This document shows, in pieces, positions 9,272-19,306 of a DNA stretch of 64,000 nucleotides. The DNA is taken from assembly GCA_043747615.1 (NCBI GenBank), contig JAYTOU010000052.1, positions 26,938 through 90,937 of the forward strand, read 5' to 3'. The DNA comes from Myxococcales bacterium. Lineage in GTDB: Bacteria; Myxococcota_A; Polyangia; Polyangiales; Polyangiaceae. A program made the position numbers and the translations under genes. The first letter of the stretch is position 1, and each line of letters begins with the position of its first letter. The notes beneath the pieces were generated by a model. The model saw nothing but the letters and a program-made list of their open reading frames with translations, searched no databases and was not told where the DNA came from.

Positions 9272-10630
9272 TCACCGGAGCGCCATGAGCGAGACGAGCT
9301 GCCATCCCCCGGGCTTCACGTCGATCTCCTGCGTGCGCGAAACGCCGCGGGCGTCGAGGTGCACCTTGTGCTTGCCTGCAGGCACGCGGATCCGGGTGAT
9401 CGCCACGCGCGCGGGGAGCGTTTCCCAGCTTCGGGTGTCGGGCGTATCGAGGGCCGTCAACGTGCCCTGCGCGACCAGCGACGCAATGAAGCCGATCACG
9501 CTCCCCTTGCCCGAAGCCTGCTGAATTCCTTCGCCCACGAGGAGCCGGGCAATGAGACGCGTGATCGCGCTTGCCACGATTTTTCCCTCGATCTTGTGCC
9601 ATTCGAGACGCACCTGGCTGGAGATGTCGACCGCCTCTTCGAGCTGGACGAAGCGGCCGTCGACGCTGCACGCGGGCGTCGCGTAACTTCCCTGACCCGG
9701 CGCGAGCGTCGGGTAGTTGATCCACGTGACGAGCCCCTGCGCAGCGAGCTTGTTGGCGGCCGCGGCGTCGCCCGGATGGATGTCGTTGGCGAAGAGCGTG
9801 AGTGCAAGTCCGATGGGGATGCGATTCGAAATTTTGTGGGGGACCCGGCCGTACCCGACGACGACCACGATCTCGCCTTCGCCGGTCTTCTCCGTCGCCG
9901 CGAGCAGGGGCTCGTCACTCGCTAGTGCCGTGAGGCGCGGGCTCTTGAACGAGCCAGCCTGGACGAGCGCGCGGGCCGGCTCATGGAGCGAGTTGTACCC
10001 GCTGAAGGCCAGAGCTTCGTCGTAATAACGGAGGGCTTCGTCCGTGTTGCCGCTCATCTCCGAGGTAAATCCAGCTAAAAAACCGCCCAAACCGAGGATC
10101 GCGTTGTCCGGCTCCTTGAGCTGATTGGCGATGTACGCCTGCATCACGCTGAGGCGACGGGCCTCGACGCGCGCGCCGTTCAAGTCGCCCCGCTCGAGGT
10201 AGTTGATCATGTTGAGCGTGTTGATGAGGAGCTTCTCGTACGGCGGCGCCGAGTAACGCCCGGACGATCCCGAGAAGACGTACTCACCGATCGAGTCTCC
10301 CGCGTTGCGCGCGAGATCAAGCATGTCGATCGCTTTGTCGGCCGCCTCGAAATCCCGCTGGCTGCCGGGGAATTGAGCGAGCGACTGCTGCACGCTTGCG
10401 CGGTCGAGGACGAGGAGCGCGTTGTCGCCCGCGATGTCCTTGGGCAGGTCCTTGTCCGTGTCGACTTCGAGCTCTTCGTTGATGGCGTGGATGGCGAGGC
10501 GCGGCTGCCCTTCGTCGAGCGCGGTGCGGAATTTCAGCGTGCGTGCTTCGTGCCCGCCGCATCCGATGAGAAAAGACGCCAGCGACGCGCCGACGACGAT
10601 TGCCGCAAGCCGCAGCGAGATGCTCGCCAT
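9272..10630 (-). CDS. TPR-like lipoprotein (COG3014-like)
   Basis: Lipobox LIGC; YSAPPYEKLLIN, ARVEARR and PDTRSWETLP motifs; directly downstream of the LpoB-like gene. Confidence 0.75.
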   Translation of the reverse strand: MASISLRLAAIVVGASLASFLIGCGGHEARTLKFRTALDEGQPRLAIHAINEELEVDTDKDLPKDIAGDNALLVLDRASVQQSLAQFPGSQRDFEAADKAIDMLDLARNAGDSIGEYVFSGSSGRYSAPPYEKLLINTLNMINYLERGDLNGARVEARRLSVMQAYIANQLKEPDNAILGLGGFLAGFTSEMSGNTDEALRYYDEALAFSGYNSLHEPARALVQAGSFKSPRLTALASDEPLLAATEKTGEGEIVVVVGYGRVPHKISNRIPIGLALTLFANDIHPGDAAAANKLAAQGLVTWINYPTLAPGQGSYATPACSVDGRFVQLEEAVDISSQVRLEWHKIEGKIVASAITRLIARLLVGEGIQQASGKGSVIGFIASLVAQGTLTALDTPDTRSWETLPARVAITRIRVPAGKHKVHLDARGVSRTQEIDVKPGGWQLVSLMALR

Positions 10631-10640
10631 GTGCCTCTTC

Positions 10641-11240
10641 TTACCGAACCATCTTGGTGACGTACGCTTTGTGCTGCCAGCGGATCGCGCTCGTCTCGAT
10701 CTCGATCACCTGCATGAACATGAAGTACTGCACGCGGCGCGCGCTGTCGGTGCGCTCGTCGGAGGCCATCACCTTGCCGGTGATGAAGTATTTTGCGCCG
10801 AGCTGCCGCCCGTACTGGGCGACGTGCGCCGGGTTGAAGACCGGATTTCTCGAGCCTTCGACCTCGGCGATCATCTGGTTCTGTCGCTCGCGGCTGATCA
10901 TCGTGACGGTGCCCGCCTCGACGAGCCACGTCTCCGCTTCGCTGAGCACGGCCTCGAGTGGGGAGTCGATGTGCTCACTCGTCGAGTTTTGGAAGGGGAA
11001 GATCGCGACGGTGTCTTTCCCGTGATTCGTTCGCCACAGATCCATGATCGGAGCGGCGCGAAGGTTGTTCAAGTTCTCCTTGAGCATCCGCTGCACGTCG
11101 TCCTTGTCGAGACCGGTGCTCATCGCCGCGTTGTCGATGGTCGGATCGTTGGTGTCGCGGACGTACTCCTTGCCGCAGGCAAGCGGGCTCAAGGCGAGGG
11201 GAAGAAGGAGGGCGAATCGAATCGTTTGAAGAAAGCGCAT
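10641..11240 (-). CDS. LpoB/CsgG-like lipoprotein (penicillin-binding protein activator family)
   Basis: Lipobox PLAC; FQNSTSEHID, GRQLGAKYFITGKV, FMQVIEIETSAIRW; AGGAG SD. Confidence 0.78.
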   Translation of the reverse strand: MRFLQTIRFALLLPLALSPLACGKEYVRDTNDPTIDNAAMSTGLDKDDVQRMLKENLNNLRAAPIMDLWRTNHGKDTVAIFPFQNSTSEHIDSPLEAVLSEAETWLVEAGTVTMISRERQNQMIAEVEGSRNPVFNPAHVAQYGRQLGAKYFITGKVMASDERTDSARRVQYFMFMQVIEIETSAIRWQHKAYVTKMVR

Positions 11241-11338
11241 GTGTGTACGGACTCCTAACCGGGATTAACGGCCGCTCCACGTACCTATTCACAAACCGCC
11301 GAAAACCGTTGGGAAAACGCACTAACCAGAACCCCCAC

Positions 11339-11377
11339 AATGTAGGCATTGACAATACATTTACCTTCCTTCATACA
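11339..11377 (+). promoter_or_regulatory. Sigma70-type promoter with overlapping inverted repeat
   Basis: TTGACA 11349-11354, 17 nt spacer, CATACA 11372-11377; AATGTA-N11-TACATT inverted repeat straddles the -35. Confidence 0.55.
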
Positions 11378-11400
11378 GGCGTTTCGACCCGTTACGGAGG

Positions 11401-11889
11401 ATGACTCTTATGGCTAGGAAGATCGTTGGTTTCTCGGTTCTCGCTCTCTTCATCGCGGCGCTCACCCCTGCCTGCGCGAGCTCGGCACAAGACACTTCCG
11501 ACGAAAGCTCCGACGAGCTTCGGGCCAAGCGGTCCTTCTTTTCCTGCCAAAAAGACGACGATTGCGTGGCGGTTCCCGAAGCCGCCTGCTGTCACAGCGG
11601 TCGCGACGCCGCGGTCAACATCCACCAGACGACGGCGTACGCGCACTCGGTCACGTGCCCCGCTCATCAGATTTGCCCGTTCTTCCTCATCCGCGAGACG
11701 CGCGTCGCGCAGTGCGGCAGTGCCGATTCGAGGGGCAAGCGCGCCTGCGAGATGATCGCCCCGGACGCCGTGCGCTGCGGTGGCTTCATCAGCCCGAGCT
11801 ACCAACACAGCTGTGCGAGCGGCTACGCATGCGATTTCGGCGGCCACGTCCCCGACGTCCCGGGCACGTGCAAGTCCGTCATTCGCTGA
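11401..11889 (+). CDS. Secreted Cys-rich lipoprotein, hypothetical
   Basis: Signal with PAC; SDESSDELR linker; many Cys; GGAGG at 11396-11400 favours ATG 11410. Confidence 0.7.
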   Translation: MTLMARKIVGFSVLALFIAALTPACASSAQDTSDESSDELRAKRSFFSCQKDDDCVAVPEAACCHSGRDAAVNIHQTTAYAHSVTCPAHQICPFFLIRETRVAQCGSADSRGKRACEMIAPDAVRCGGFISPSYQHSCASGYACDFGGHVPDVPGTCKSVIR

Positions 11890-11897
11890 AGCGGGAT

Positions 11898-12968
11898 CTA
11901 GCTCTTCTTGGAGAGCGCCGTTTTGACCGCGCTCTCCAGGACCTCGCTGGGTTGCGCGCCCTCGAGCTTCTGAGTCTCGATCCAGATGGTCGGAAGTCCG
12001 TGTCCTCGTGAAGCCTTGAAGTCCGCAACGTCGGACTTGATCCGATCGTCCGTTTTCGGATCTTTTACGCAGTCGCGGAACGCTCCGGGGTCGAGGCCGA
12101 AGGAAGCGGCGAGCGTCTCGCAGCCCTCCGGCGTGAGCTCCTCGAGGGGCGCGGTGAAGAGAGCGTCGGCCATCTCCTCACCTTTTCCGAGGCGTTCGGC
12201 GCAGCAGGCGGCGCGCGCGGCGTCCATGGCGTGCGGGTGCATGCGCAGAGGCACCTGCTTGCGGACCACCCGCATCCGGGACCGGTTCGCTGCGACGATG
12301 GGGGCGAGCTCCGCATGCGTCATCCGGCAGAATGGACACTCGAAGTCCACGAAGTCGACGATGGTAATCACACCCGGAGGCGTGTTTTTCAGCTCCGCGC
12401 TTATCACCTGCGGCACCGGGACGGGCTTCAAAAAACCGACGCCGAGGGGCAGAGCCACGGCGAGCGCGAAGAGCGAGGCGAGAAGAGCGGGATACGCGCG
12501 GCCTGCGGGTAGCTCCCATTTCGTTTTCGTACGCGCGACGCCCCCGACCAGAATGACGAGCGTGGCGATGTCCACCACCATGCAATACTTGCAGTACACA
12601 TCCATCAGAAACTGCACGAAGAGGAGGCCGAGCCCGACGAGCGCGGCGACCGACGCCACGGCTAGGTGCGCGAGGCGCGCGCGTGGTCCCTGAAGGAGCG
12701 CGAGCACGGCGAGAACGGTGAAGGCTGCGAGGCCGTACGCCGGCGTGGGAATGCCGAGGACTGAGGCGAAGATGGTTCTCTTGACGACGTCGCAGCCGCC
12801 GTTCTCTTCGCAAAAAATTGGCGCGGGGCGAACGTAGTCGACGAACAGCATGGCGCTTACTGCGAGGCCAAGCACTGTCGGAAGCCACACGAGGAGCAGC
12901 GGCATCAACTTCCGGACGACCGACGGCGGCGGCAGCGCTTCGCGGGACTCGATCTGTTCCGATTGCAT
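11898..12968 (-). CDS. VKOR-DsbA/thioredoxin fusion (disulfide bond formation)
   Basis: VKOR loop CEENGGC, transmembrane helices, CKYC; C-terminal FVDFECPFC and cis-Pro GLPT. Confidence 0.88.
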   Translation of the reverse strand: MQSEQIESREALPPPSVVRKLMPLLLVWLPTVLGLAVSAMLFVDYVRPAPIFCEENGGCDVVKRTIFASVLGIPTPAYGLAAFTVLAVLALLQGPRARLAHLAVASVAALVGLGLLFVQFLMDVYCKYCMVVDIATLVILVGGVARTKTKWELPAGRAYPALLASLFALAVALPLGVGFLKPVPVPQVISAELKNTPPGVITIVDFVDFECPFCRMTHAELAPIVAANRSRMRVVRKQVPLRMHPHAMDAARAACCAERLGKGEEMADALFTAPLEELTPEGCETLAASFGLDPGAFRDCVKDPKTDDRIKSDVADFKASRGHGLPTIWIETQKLEGAQPSEVLESAVKTALSKKS

Positions 12969-13056
12969 GGCTATCCGGTGAATCATCGGCCTCCCGCGGT
13001 CAAGTCCCTGCACGCGTGCTTGCGCGATCTCACTGCATTCCGTAATTGTGAGCGCA

Positions 13057-15618
13057 ATGCCCCGAAGTCTTCCCCCGAAAAATAAAGTCCTCGATCTCCT
13101 CGCAACGCTCCGGGAATCGCTCGAGGCAGACGAGATCGCGAAGCAACTTGGCGTGGAGGAGAAGAGCTTTCCTGGGTTCTTGAGATTGCTCGACGATCTT
13201 GCGTTGAACGGGGATGTAACCGTGCAGGCGGGGAATCGATTCCAACTTTCGCGCGGCCACACTGGGCGACCAACGACCGGTCGTCCGCCGCCGCCGGCCA
13301 AGGGTTTACCCTCGCGGGCGGTTCCTCCAAAGGGTCTGCCCCAGAACCTCCGTCCGAATCCCAATCGCCACCCGGAAAAATCGACCGAACGATCTGCTCC
13401 GCCGAAGCGATCGTCGCGGGCCGCGACAGGGGAGCTGCGTGAAGGCGTAGTGACCATCGCGCCTCGAGGATTTGGCTTCGTTTCGAGTCAGGGCTCCGTG
13501 GGAGACGACGTCTTCATCGGCAACGACAAGCTCGGTGGCGCGATGCACGGCGACCGCGTCAAGATCGCGATCATCGGGCGAAACGATCGCGGACCGGAAG
13601 GCGAAATCGTCGAGATCGTTGCGCGCAACATCAAGCGAGTAGCCGGAGTCCTGCGTCGCCGCGGCAAGAGCGCATGGCTCGAGCCCGACGACAACCGGGT
13701 TCGTGGTCCCATCGTTCTAGAGGAGGCGATCGACACCGTCGCCGGCGAAGGCAACAGCGGCAAGGACGGCGACGCGGCGGTCATCTCCATTCTGCGCTAC
13801 CCGGTGTACGCGGAAGAGACGCCGATCGGAAAGCTCGAGGCCGTGCTCGGTACGCCGGGGGAGCTCAAGGTCGAAGTGGCGAAGGTGCTCGTGCGCGAGC
13901 AGATCGAAGAGATTCACTCCGAAGAAGCGTTCCGCGAGGCCGAGGCCCACGGCACCGAGGTCCGCCCGGAGATGCTCGAGGGCCGCGAAGATCTCACGCA
14001 CCTGCCGCTGCCGACGATCGATCCCGAAGACGCGCGCGATCACGACGATGCGGTATGGGTCGAGCGCACACCGAACGGCGGGTACAAAGCGTGGATCGCG
14101 ATCGCCGACGTGAGCTCGTACGTCCAGCCGGGAACGCAGATCGACGCTGAATCCCTGAAGCGCGGCTGCAGCGTGTACCTGCCGGATCGCGCCATTCCGA
14201 TGCTCCCCCGGCCGCTCTCATCGAATCTCTGCTCTCTCCTTCCGGACGTCGTGCGCCTCTGCCTCTGTGCGGAGGTAGACATCGACGCGGCGGGGACGAC
14301 CACGAAGACCCGGCTCATTCGCGGGTTCATGAAGAGCCGTGCGAAGCTGACGTACGGAGGCGTCGCCCGCGCCCTCGGCCTCAGCGAGCTGCCGCCGCGC
14401 GATCCCAAGGCCGACGAGCTCATCGACGGTCTCCGCGTCGCCCACGAGCTCTCGCGCATCCTCCGCGCGAAACGCTTGAAGAGGGGAGCGGTGGATTTCG
14501 ATCTTCCGGAAGCAAAGATCGTCCTCGGCGAGAACGGGCAGCCCACGGACATCGAGCGTCGCGCTCAAGATGCAGGAACGAAAAAGGCCTACCAGCTCAT
14601 CGAGGAGCTGATGCTCCTCGCGAACGAGACGGTCGCCGAGTGGCTCGTCGGAAAAAAAGTTCCGACCATCTTCCGTGTGCACGCGCCGCCGGACGAGAAG
14701 AAGCTCGCGCGCTTTTCGCTCATGTGCGAAGCACTCGGCGTGGAGTTCGATCCGGAGACGGCGAAGGACCCGAAGAAGCTGACCACGCTCTTGAAGCAGC
14801 TCGCCGATCACCCCAAGGCGAACGTCCTCAACATGCTCCTCCTGCGCTCGATGAAGCAAGCGACGTACGACGTCGTGAACATTGGGCACTTCGGTTTGGC
14901 CTCCAAAGCCTACTTGCATTTCACGTCGCCGATTCGCCGTTATCCCGATCTCGTCGTGCACCGCTCGGTGCACAAAGTGCTCAAGAACGAGCCGATCGAC
15001 CGCAGCGAAGAGGGAATCACGGTGCTAGGTGAGGCGGCGTTTGCGGCATCCACCGCGGAGCGCAAAGTGATGGAGGTCGAGCGAGAGGTCACCGATCTCT
15101 ACCGCGCCGTTCTCATGCGCGACAAGATCGGCGAGCGCTTCGAAGGCACGGTTACCGCGCTCGTGGGCTCCGGAGTGTTCGTCGCCCTCGACGCACCGTT
15201 CGTCGACGTCCTCGTCAAATTCGACGATCTCGGCGGCGATCGCTACGAGCTCGATGAGGACGGTCTACGCGCCGTGGCCGCGCGCTCGGGCGACGTGGTG
15301 CAGCTCGGCGATCGCATGATGGTCCAGATCATCGACGTCGCGATTTTGCGACGCTCGGTGCTCGGCCGGCGAATTGGTGGTGGTGGCGGCGACGCTCGCG
15401 GCGATGACGGCGGCGCGCGACGCGGCGCGATGAGCAGCGGGAAGAAGAAGGTCTTCGAGGCCCGCTCCGCAAAGACTTCGGATCGCGGACGCCCGCAGGT
15501 GAGCAAGAACAAGAAGCCGGGCTCGCGGTCTCAGAAGTGGACCAAGAAATCCGATACCGGCGCGACCGGCAGCGGCCCGCGAAAAGCCAAAGGCAAAGGC
15601 AAAAAGAAGCGCCGCTGA
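13057..15618 (+). CDS. rnr: Ribonuclease R
   Basis: Cold-shock domain RGFGFV; RNB motif TIDPEDARDHDDA; HFTSPIRRYPDL; S1 domain; Lys-rich tail. Confidence 0.93.
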   Translation: MPRSLPPKNKVLDLLATLRESLEADEIAKQLGVEEKSFPGFLRLLDDLALNGDVTVQAGNRFQLSRGHTGRPTTGRPPPPAKGLPSRAVPPKGLPQNLRPNPNRHPEKSTERSAPPKRSSRAATGELREGVVTIAPRGFGFVSSQGSVGDDVFIGNDKLGGAMHGDRVKIAIIGRNDRGPEGEIVEIVARNIKRVAGVLRRRGKSAWLEPDDNRVRGPIVLEEAIDTVAGEGNSGKDGDAAVISILRYPVYAEETPIGKLEAVLGTPGELKVEVAKVLVREQIEEIHSEEAFREAEAHGTEVRPEMLEGREDLTHLPLPTIDPEDARDHDDAVWVERTPNGGYKAWIAIADVSSYVQPGTQIDAESLKRGCSVYLPDRAIPMLPRPLSSNLCSLLPDVVRLCLCAEVDIDAAGTTTKTRLIRGFMKSRAKLTYGGVARALGLSELPPRDPKADELIDGLRVAHELSRILRAKRLKRGAVDFDLPEAKIVLGENGQPTDIERRAQDAGTKKAYQLIEELMLLANETVAEWLVGKKVPTIFRVHAPPDEKKLARFSLMCEALGVEFDPETAKDPKKLTTLLKQLADHPKANVLNMLLLRSMKQATYDVVNIGHFGLASKAYLHFTSPIRRYPDLVVHRSVHKVLKNEPIDRSEEGITVLGEAAFAASTAERKVMEVEREVTDLYRAVLMRDKIGERFEGTVTALVGSGVFVALDAPFVDVLVKFDDLGGDRYELDEDGLRAVAARSGDVVQLGDRMMVQIIDVAILRRSVLGRRIGGGGGDARGDDGGARRGAMSSGKKKVFEARSAKTSDRGRPQVSKNKKPGSRSQKWTKKSDTGATGSGPRKAKGKGKKKRR

Positions 15619-15634
15619 AACGCGTGAGGCAGGC

Positions 15635-16768
15635 CTACCAGGCGACTCTGGTTGGAGTGAGGCGGCGTTCTTTGGTGCCGTCTCCGAGCTGGCCATTGCG
15701 GTTGTTTCCCCAGCAGTGAAGGACGCCGTCGTCGGTCTTGGCGCAGCCGTAGTCCGAGCCCAGTGACACCTGCAGCACGCGCGTGAGCCCAGACAACGGC
15801 GCCGCGAGCTCTGCGGTCGAGCGGGTCCCGCGTCCGAGCTCGCCTTCGGTGTTCGATCCCCAGCAATGAACGCTCGCGTCCTTCCGGAGCGCGCACGAGT
15901 GCGACTCCGCAGACTCGAGCGTCGTAGCGTCGGTCAACCCCCGCACGACCACCGGCACGCTGTGATTGTCCTCGTCGGGGTTCGCGCCGAACTCGCCCTG
16001 ATCATTGCGCCCCCAGCATTGCGTGGATCCGTCCCTGAGCGTCGCACAGACGAACGAGTCACCCGTGGCGATGCTCTGGATGGGCGGCATTTGGGGATGG
16101 CTGAAGGGGCCGTTGCCCCACGGACCTTCGCCCCAGCAGCGGGCGGTTCCGTCTTTCATACGCGCGCAGGCATGGGCCCCGCCGGCCACGACCTGCTCGA
16201 CGCCTGAGTCGGGAGCGCCGTTCTGAATCCCGTCGAGACCCCAGCAGCGTGCTCCACCGGACGCAAGCCGCACGCACACGACGTAACCGCCCGCGGTGAT
16301 CGCGACGGCGTCCGACAGCCCGGGCACGCTCGTAGGGGCGACCTTCCTCACTTCGCGACCATCGCCGAGAATTTTTCCACTGCCCCAGCACCTGACCGTT
16401 CGATCGATCATGCGCGCGCACGTGAAGGTCGCTCCGGAGGCGAGGTCTGCGACGCCAGTGAGACCGGAGACCAGCGTAGGATGGATCTGTTCGGCGTCCG
16501 AGCCATCGCCGTCACCAAGCTGACCTTCGCTGTCACGGCCCCAGCAGCGGGCGGTGCCGTCCTCCATGCGGGCACAGGAGTGGAAGTCCCCGCAGTCGAA
16601 CTGACTCACTTTCTTCGGCGAGCCGCTGGCGGATGCGACCGTCTCTCCGGAACCTGATCCTTGGCGCGAAGGCGGGAGCGGTGAAACCACGCCGCCGGCA
16701 CCGGGCTTGGCCTCGCCTCCGCAGGACAGGACGAGGCAGATCACCGTAAATACGCGGGCCGAACGCAT
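15635..16768 (-). CDS. RCC1-repeat (beta-propeller) lipoprotein
   Basis: Lipobox VLSC; seven repeats of the type HSCA..DGT.RCWG.N..GQLG. Confidence 0.88.
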   Translation of the reverse strand: MRSARVFTVICLVLSCGGEAKPGAGGVVSPLPPSRQGSGSGETVASASGSPKKVSQFDCGDFHSCARMEDGTARCWGRDSEGQLGDGDGSDAEQIHPTLVSGLTGVADLASGATFTCARMIDRTVRCWGSGKILGDGREVRKVAPTSVPGLSDAVAITAGGYVVCVRLASGGARCWGLDGIQNGAPDSGVEQVVAGGAHACARMKDGTARCWGEGPWGNGPFSHPQMPPIQSIATGDSFVCATLRDGSTQCWGRNDQGEFGANPDEDNHSVPVVVRGLTDATTLESAESHSCALRKDASVHCWGSNTEGELGRGTRSTAELAAPLSGLTRVLQVSLGSDYGCAKTDDGVLHCWGNNRNGQLGDGTKERRLTPTRVAW

Positions 16769-16791
16769 TCCGCCGACTATAGCGGATCGAA

Positions 16792-17754
16792 TCAAAATGC
16801 GATGGCGTCGCGGAGATTTTCGCTTTCGTGCGCAGCGAGCTTGTCGATGAGCGCCTTCACCTCTTCCGATTTCGACGTCGGTGGCTGCACGAGGAAGTGC
16901 ACGTAGAGATCGCCTTCCGGCTTTCCTTTGCGAGCCACGCCCTTACCGCGCAGGCGCAGGACGTTGCCGCTCAGCGTTCCTTCAGGCACCTTCAGGGAGA
17001 CTGAGCCCTCTACCGTGGGCACCTTCACCTTGGCGCCGCGGTAAGCCTCGCTGACTGTGATCGGCAGATCGATGTGGAGGTCGTCTCCTTCGCGGCGAAA
17101 GTATTTGTGCGGTGTGACGTGGATCTGGAGGAGTAGATCGCCGGGCGGGCCGCCGTTCGGCGACGGAGCACCGTGACCTGAGATGCGAACGCGGCTTCCA
17201 TCGGCTGCACCGGCGGGGACGCGGACGGCGACCGGTTCGCCTGCGCCGGCTTGGTTACGAAGCTCGAGCATCGTCCCGCGTACTGCGGACGAGAAATCGA
17301 CGGTGACCTCGCTCTCGAGGTCTTGGCCTTTGACCGGACCGCGCGGCCTTCGTTGGCGAGCGAACATGTCGCCGAAGATGTCGCCCATGCCCCCTGCTCC
17401 GCCCGGTTGCCGTACCGCATCGCCGAACAGATCCTCGATACGCACGCCTTCGGGACCGCCACGGCCTCCGCCCGCGGGCTGACGGGAGGACCAATTTTTG
17501 TAGGTTCGGACGCGCTCGGCATCGAAGCCTTCGCGGAGCCCTTCCTCACCGAATTCGTCGTAGAGCTTTCGTTTTTTTTCGTCGGAGAGGATGTCGTAAG
17601 CCTGATTCACGGCCTTGAACTTCGTCTCCGCAGGCTTATTTCCGGGGTTCTTGTCCGGATGAAGCTTCTGGGCGAGCTTGCGGTACGCCTTCTTGATCGT
17701 CGCCGCGTCGGCATTCTTCGGGACAGCGAGCACTGTGTAAGGATCGGTGGCCAT
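16792..17754 (-). CDS. Class B J-domain protein (DnaJ/CbpA-like, no zinc finger)
   Basis: [25 protein letters not shown] region, DnaJ C-terminal domain. Confidence 0.92.
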   Translation of the reverse strand: MATDPYTVLAVPKNADAATIKKAYRKLAQKLHPDKNPGNKPAETKFKAVNQAYDILSDEKKRKLYDEFGEEGLREGFDAERVRTYKNWSSRQPAGGGRGGPEGVRIEDLFGDAVRQPGGAGGMGDIFGDMFARQRRPRGPVKGQDLESEVTVDFSSAVRGTMLELRNQAGAGEPVAVRVPAGAADGSRVRISGHGAPSPNGGPPGDLLLQIHVTPHKYFRREGDDLHIDLPITVSEAYRGAKVKVPTVEGSVSLKVPEGTLSGNVLRLRGKGVARKGKPEGDLYVHFLVQPPTSKSEEVKALIDKLAAHESENLRDAIAF

Positions 17755-17809
17755 CTATAGCTCGCGAACGTAATTCGCATCGCGCTCGCGGGCAATGCCA
17801 GGGCGATGA

Positions 17810-18250
17810 CTACCCGCCGTCGCGCCACCTCGGAAGAACGGTCACGTCGGGGAGGTCGGGCTCGATCCGCCACGCGCCGTGCTCGCGTGCGCAGTGCACC
17901 GTCGCGTGATCCGTTGCGGGCTCCGCGCCGAGGACCTCGACCGTAGCCGTCTCCCCAGTCACGTTGGCGCTCATCGATTTCGGCCTGAACTTCAGCCCGA
18001 ATCGGCCCTCAGCGAGCATCTCGTACGCTTCGACGCGGCGGCCTTGGACGCGACTCGCCCGGGCCCCACGCTCTTCGAGGTTCGCGCGACTGGCCGGACC
18101 GAGAAGCGCGTAAGCCTCCCTTGCCGCGCGCGGATCGTCGGTCGACGACTCCATCCGTTCGAGCCAGAGGCGGACCACGCCGTCCGGCGTCGCGTCTGGT
18201 GCCGAGCGCGAGCAGCCCGCGAGGAGCAGGGCCACCATCGCGAACCTCAC
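17810..18250 (-). CDS. Hypothetical lipoprotein
   Basis: Lipobox LAGC; GTGA overlap with the trpS stop. Confidence 0.7.
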   Translation of the reverse strand: MRFAMVALLLAGCSRSAPDATPDGVVRLWLERMESSTDDPRAAREAYALLGPASRANLEERGARASRVQGRRVEAYEMLAEGRFGLKFRPKSMSANVTGETATVEVLGAEPATDHATVHCAREHGAWRIEPDLPDVTVLPRWRDGG

Positions 18251-19245
18251 GTCGTTCCGCTTCCGAGTCCCATAGACTTGCGGACTTCGCGCATCGTCTC
18301 CTGAGCGATGACGCGGGCTTTTTCGGCACCTCGGGCGAGGATGGCGCGCACCGTTTCGGGATCGAGCGATTCCCGCTTCGAACGCAGCGGTGTGAGCTCT
18401 TTTTCGAAGTTATCGAAGAGTACTTTCTTGCAGTCGAAGCAGCCCCAGCTCGCGGTCGTACAGTTCTGGTGGACGAGCGCGACCGTCTCCGCGGGGCTCA
18501 CCGCTTGGTGCATCGTGTAGATGTTGCACACCTCCGGTCTACCTGGATCCGTGCGCTCTTTGCGCTGCGGGTCGGTGAAGGCCGTCTTTATTTTTTTCCA
18601 GAAGGCGTCTGGTGGCGTGAAGAGTGGAAGGCTATTTCTCTTCGATTTGCTCATCTTCGCGTCACCGTCGAGACCCATGATCCGAGGTGTCGTCGAGAGG
18701 CGCGGCTTCGGCTCGACGAACACCTTGCCAAAGCGGTGGTTGAAGCGGCGCACCGTTTCTCTCGCAAGCTCGAGGTGCTGCACTTGATCGTCGCCCACCG
18801 GCACGATGGTCGCCTTGTAGAGGAGAATGTCAGCGGCCATTAGGATCGGGTACGTAAAGAGACCGGCCGAGACGAACTCCTTGTCTTCGCTCTTCTCTTT
18901 GAACTGCGTCATGCGATGGAGATCGCCCATCGGCGTCACCGCTGCGAGGTACCACGCGAGCTCCATGTGCTCAGGAACGTCGCTCTGCACGAAGAGCGTG
19001 CAGCGCTCCGGATCGACCCCGCACGCGACGAGATCGGTGGCGAGGCGAATCGTGCGCTCCTCGAGCTCCTTCGGCTCATAGGGCACGGTGATGGCGTGAG
19101 CGTCGACGATGCAGAAGAGAAGCTCTTCTTTCTGCTCTTCGACCTGCTTCGCCCAGGTGCGCACCGCGCCGAGGTAGTTACCGATATGAAATTCGCCGCT
19201 GGGCTGAATCCCGGACAGAACGCGGGGTTTGACGGGGGTCGCCAT
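18247..19245 (-). CDS. trpS: Tryptophan--tRNA ligase
   Basis: SGIQPSG, HIGN, YPILMAADILLY, VPVGDDQ, KMSKS. Confidence 0.97.
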   Translation of the reverse strand: MATPVKPRVLSGIQPSGEFHIGNYLGAVRTWAKQVEEQKEELLFCIVDAHAITVPYEPKELEERTIRLATDLVACGVDPERCTLFVQSDVPEHMELAWYLAAVTPMGDLHRMTQFKEKSEDKEFVSAGLFTYPILMAADILLYKATIVPVGDDQVQHLELARETVRRFNHRFGKVFVEPKPRLSTTPRIMGLDGDAKMSKSKRNSLPLFTPPDAFWKKIKTAFTDPQRKERTDPGRPEVCNIYTMHQAVSPAETVALVHQNCTTASWGCFDCKKVLFDNFEKELTPLRSKRESLDPETVRAILARGAEKARVIAQETMREVRKSMGLGSGTT

Positions 19246-19306
19246 GGGGAGAAGAGCTTAGCGTGAAATTGGATCTCGTTCGATCGCGCTTACTACACTT
19301 CGATCC

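Noticed and set aside
12969..13457. Extended starts of VKOR (also ald, the YhhQ-like transporter, the P460 protein and the solute-binding protein)
   Set aside because: The extensions overlap neighbouring genes and carry no motifs; shorter starts were chosen
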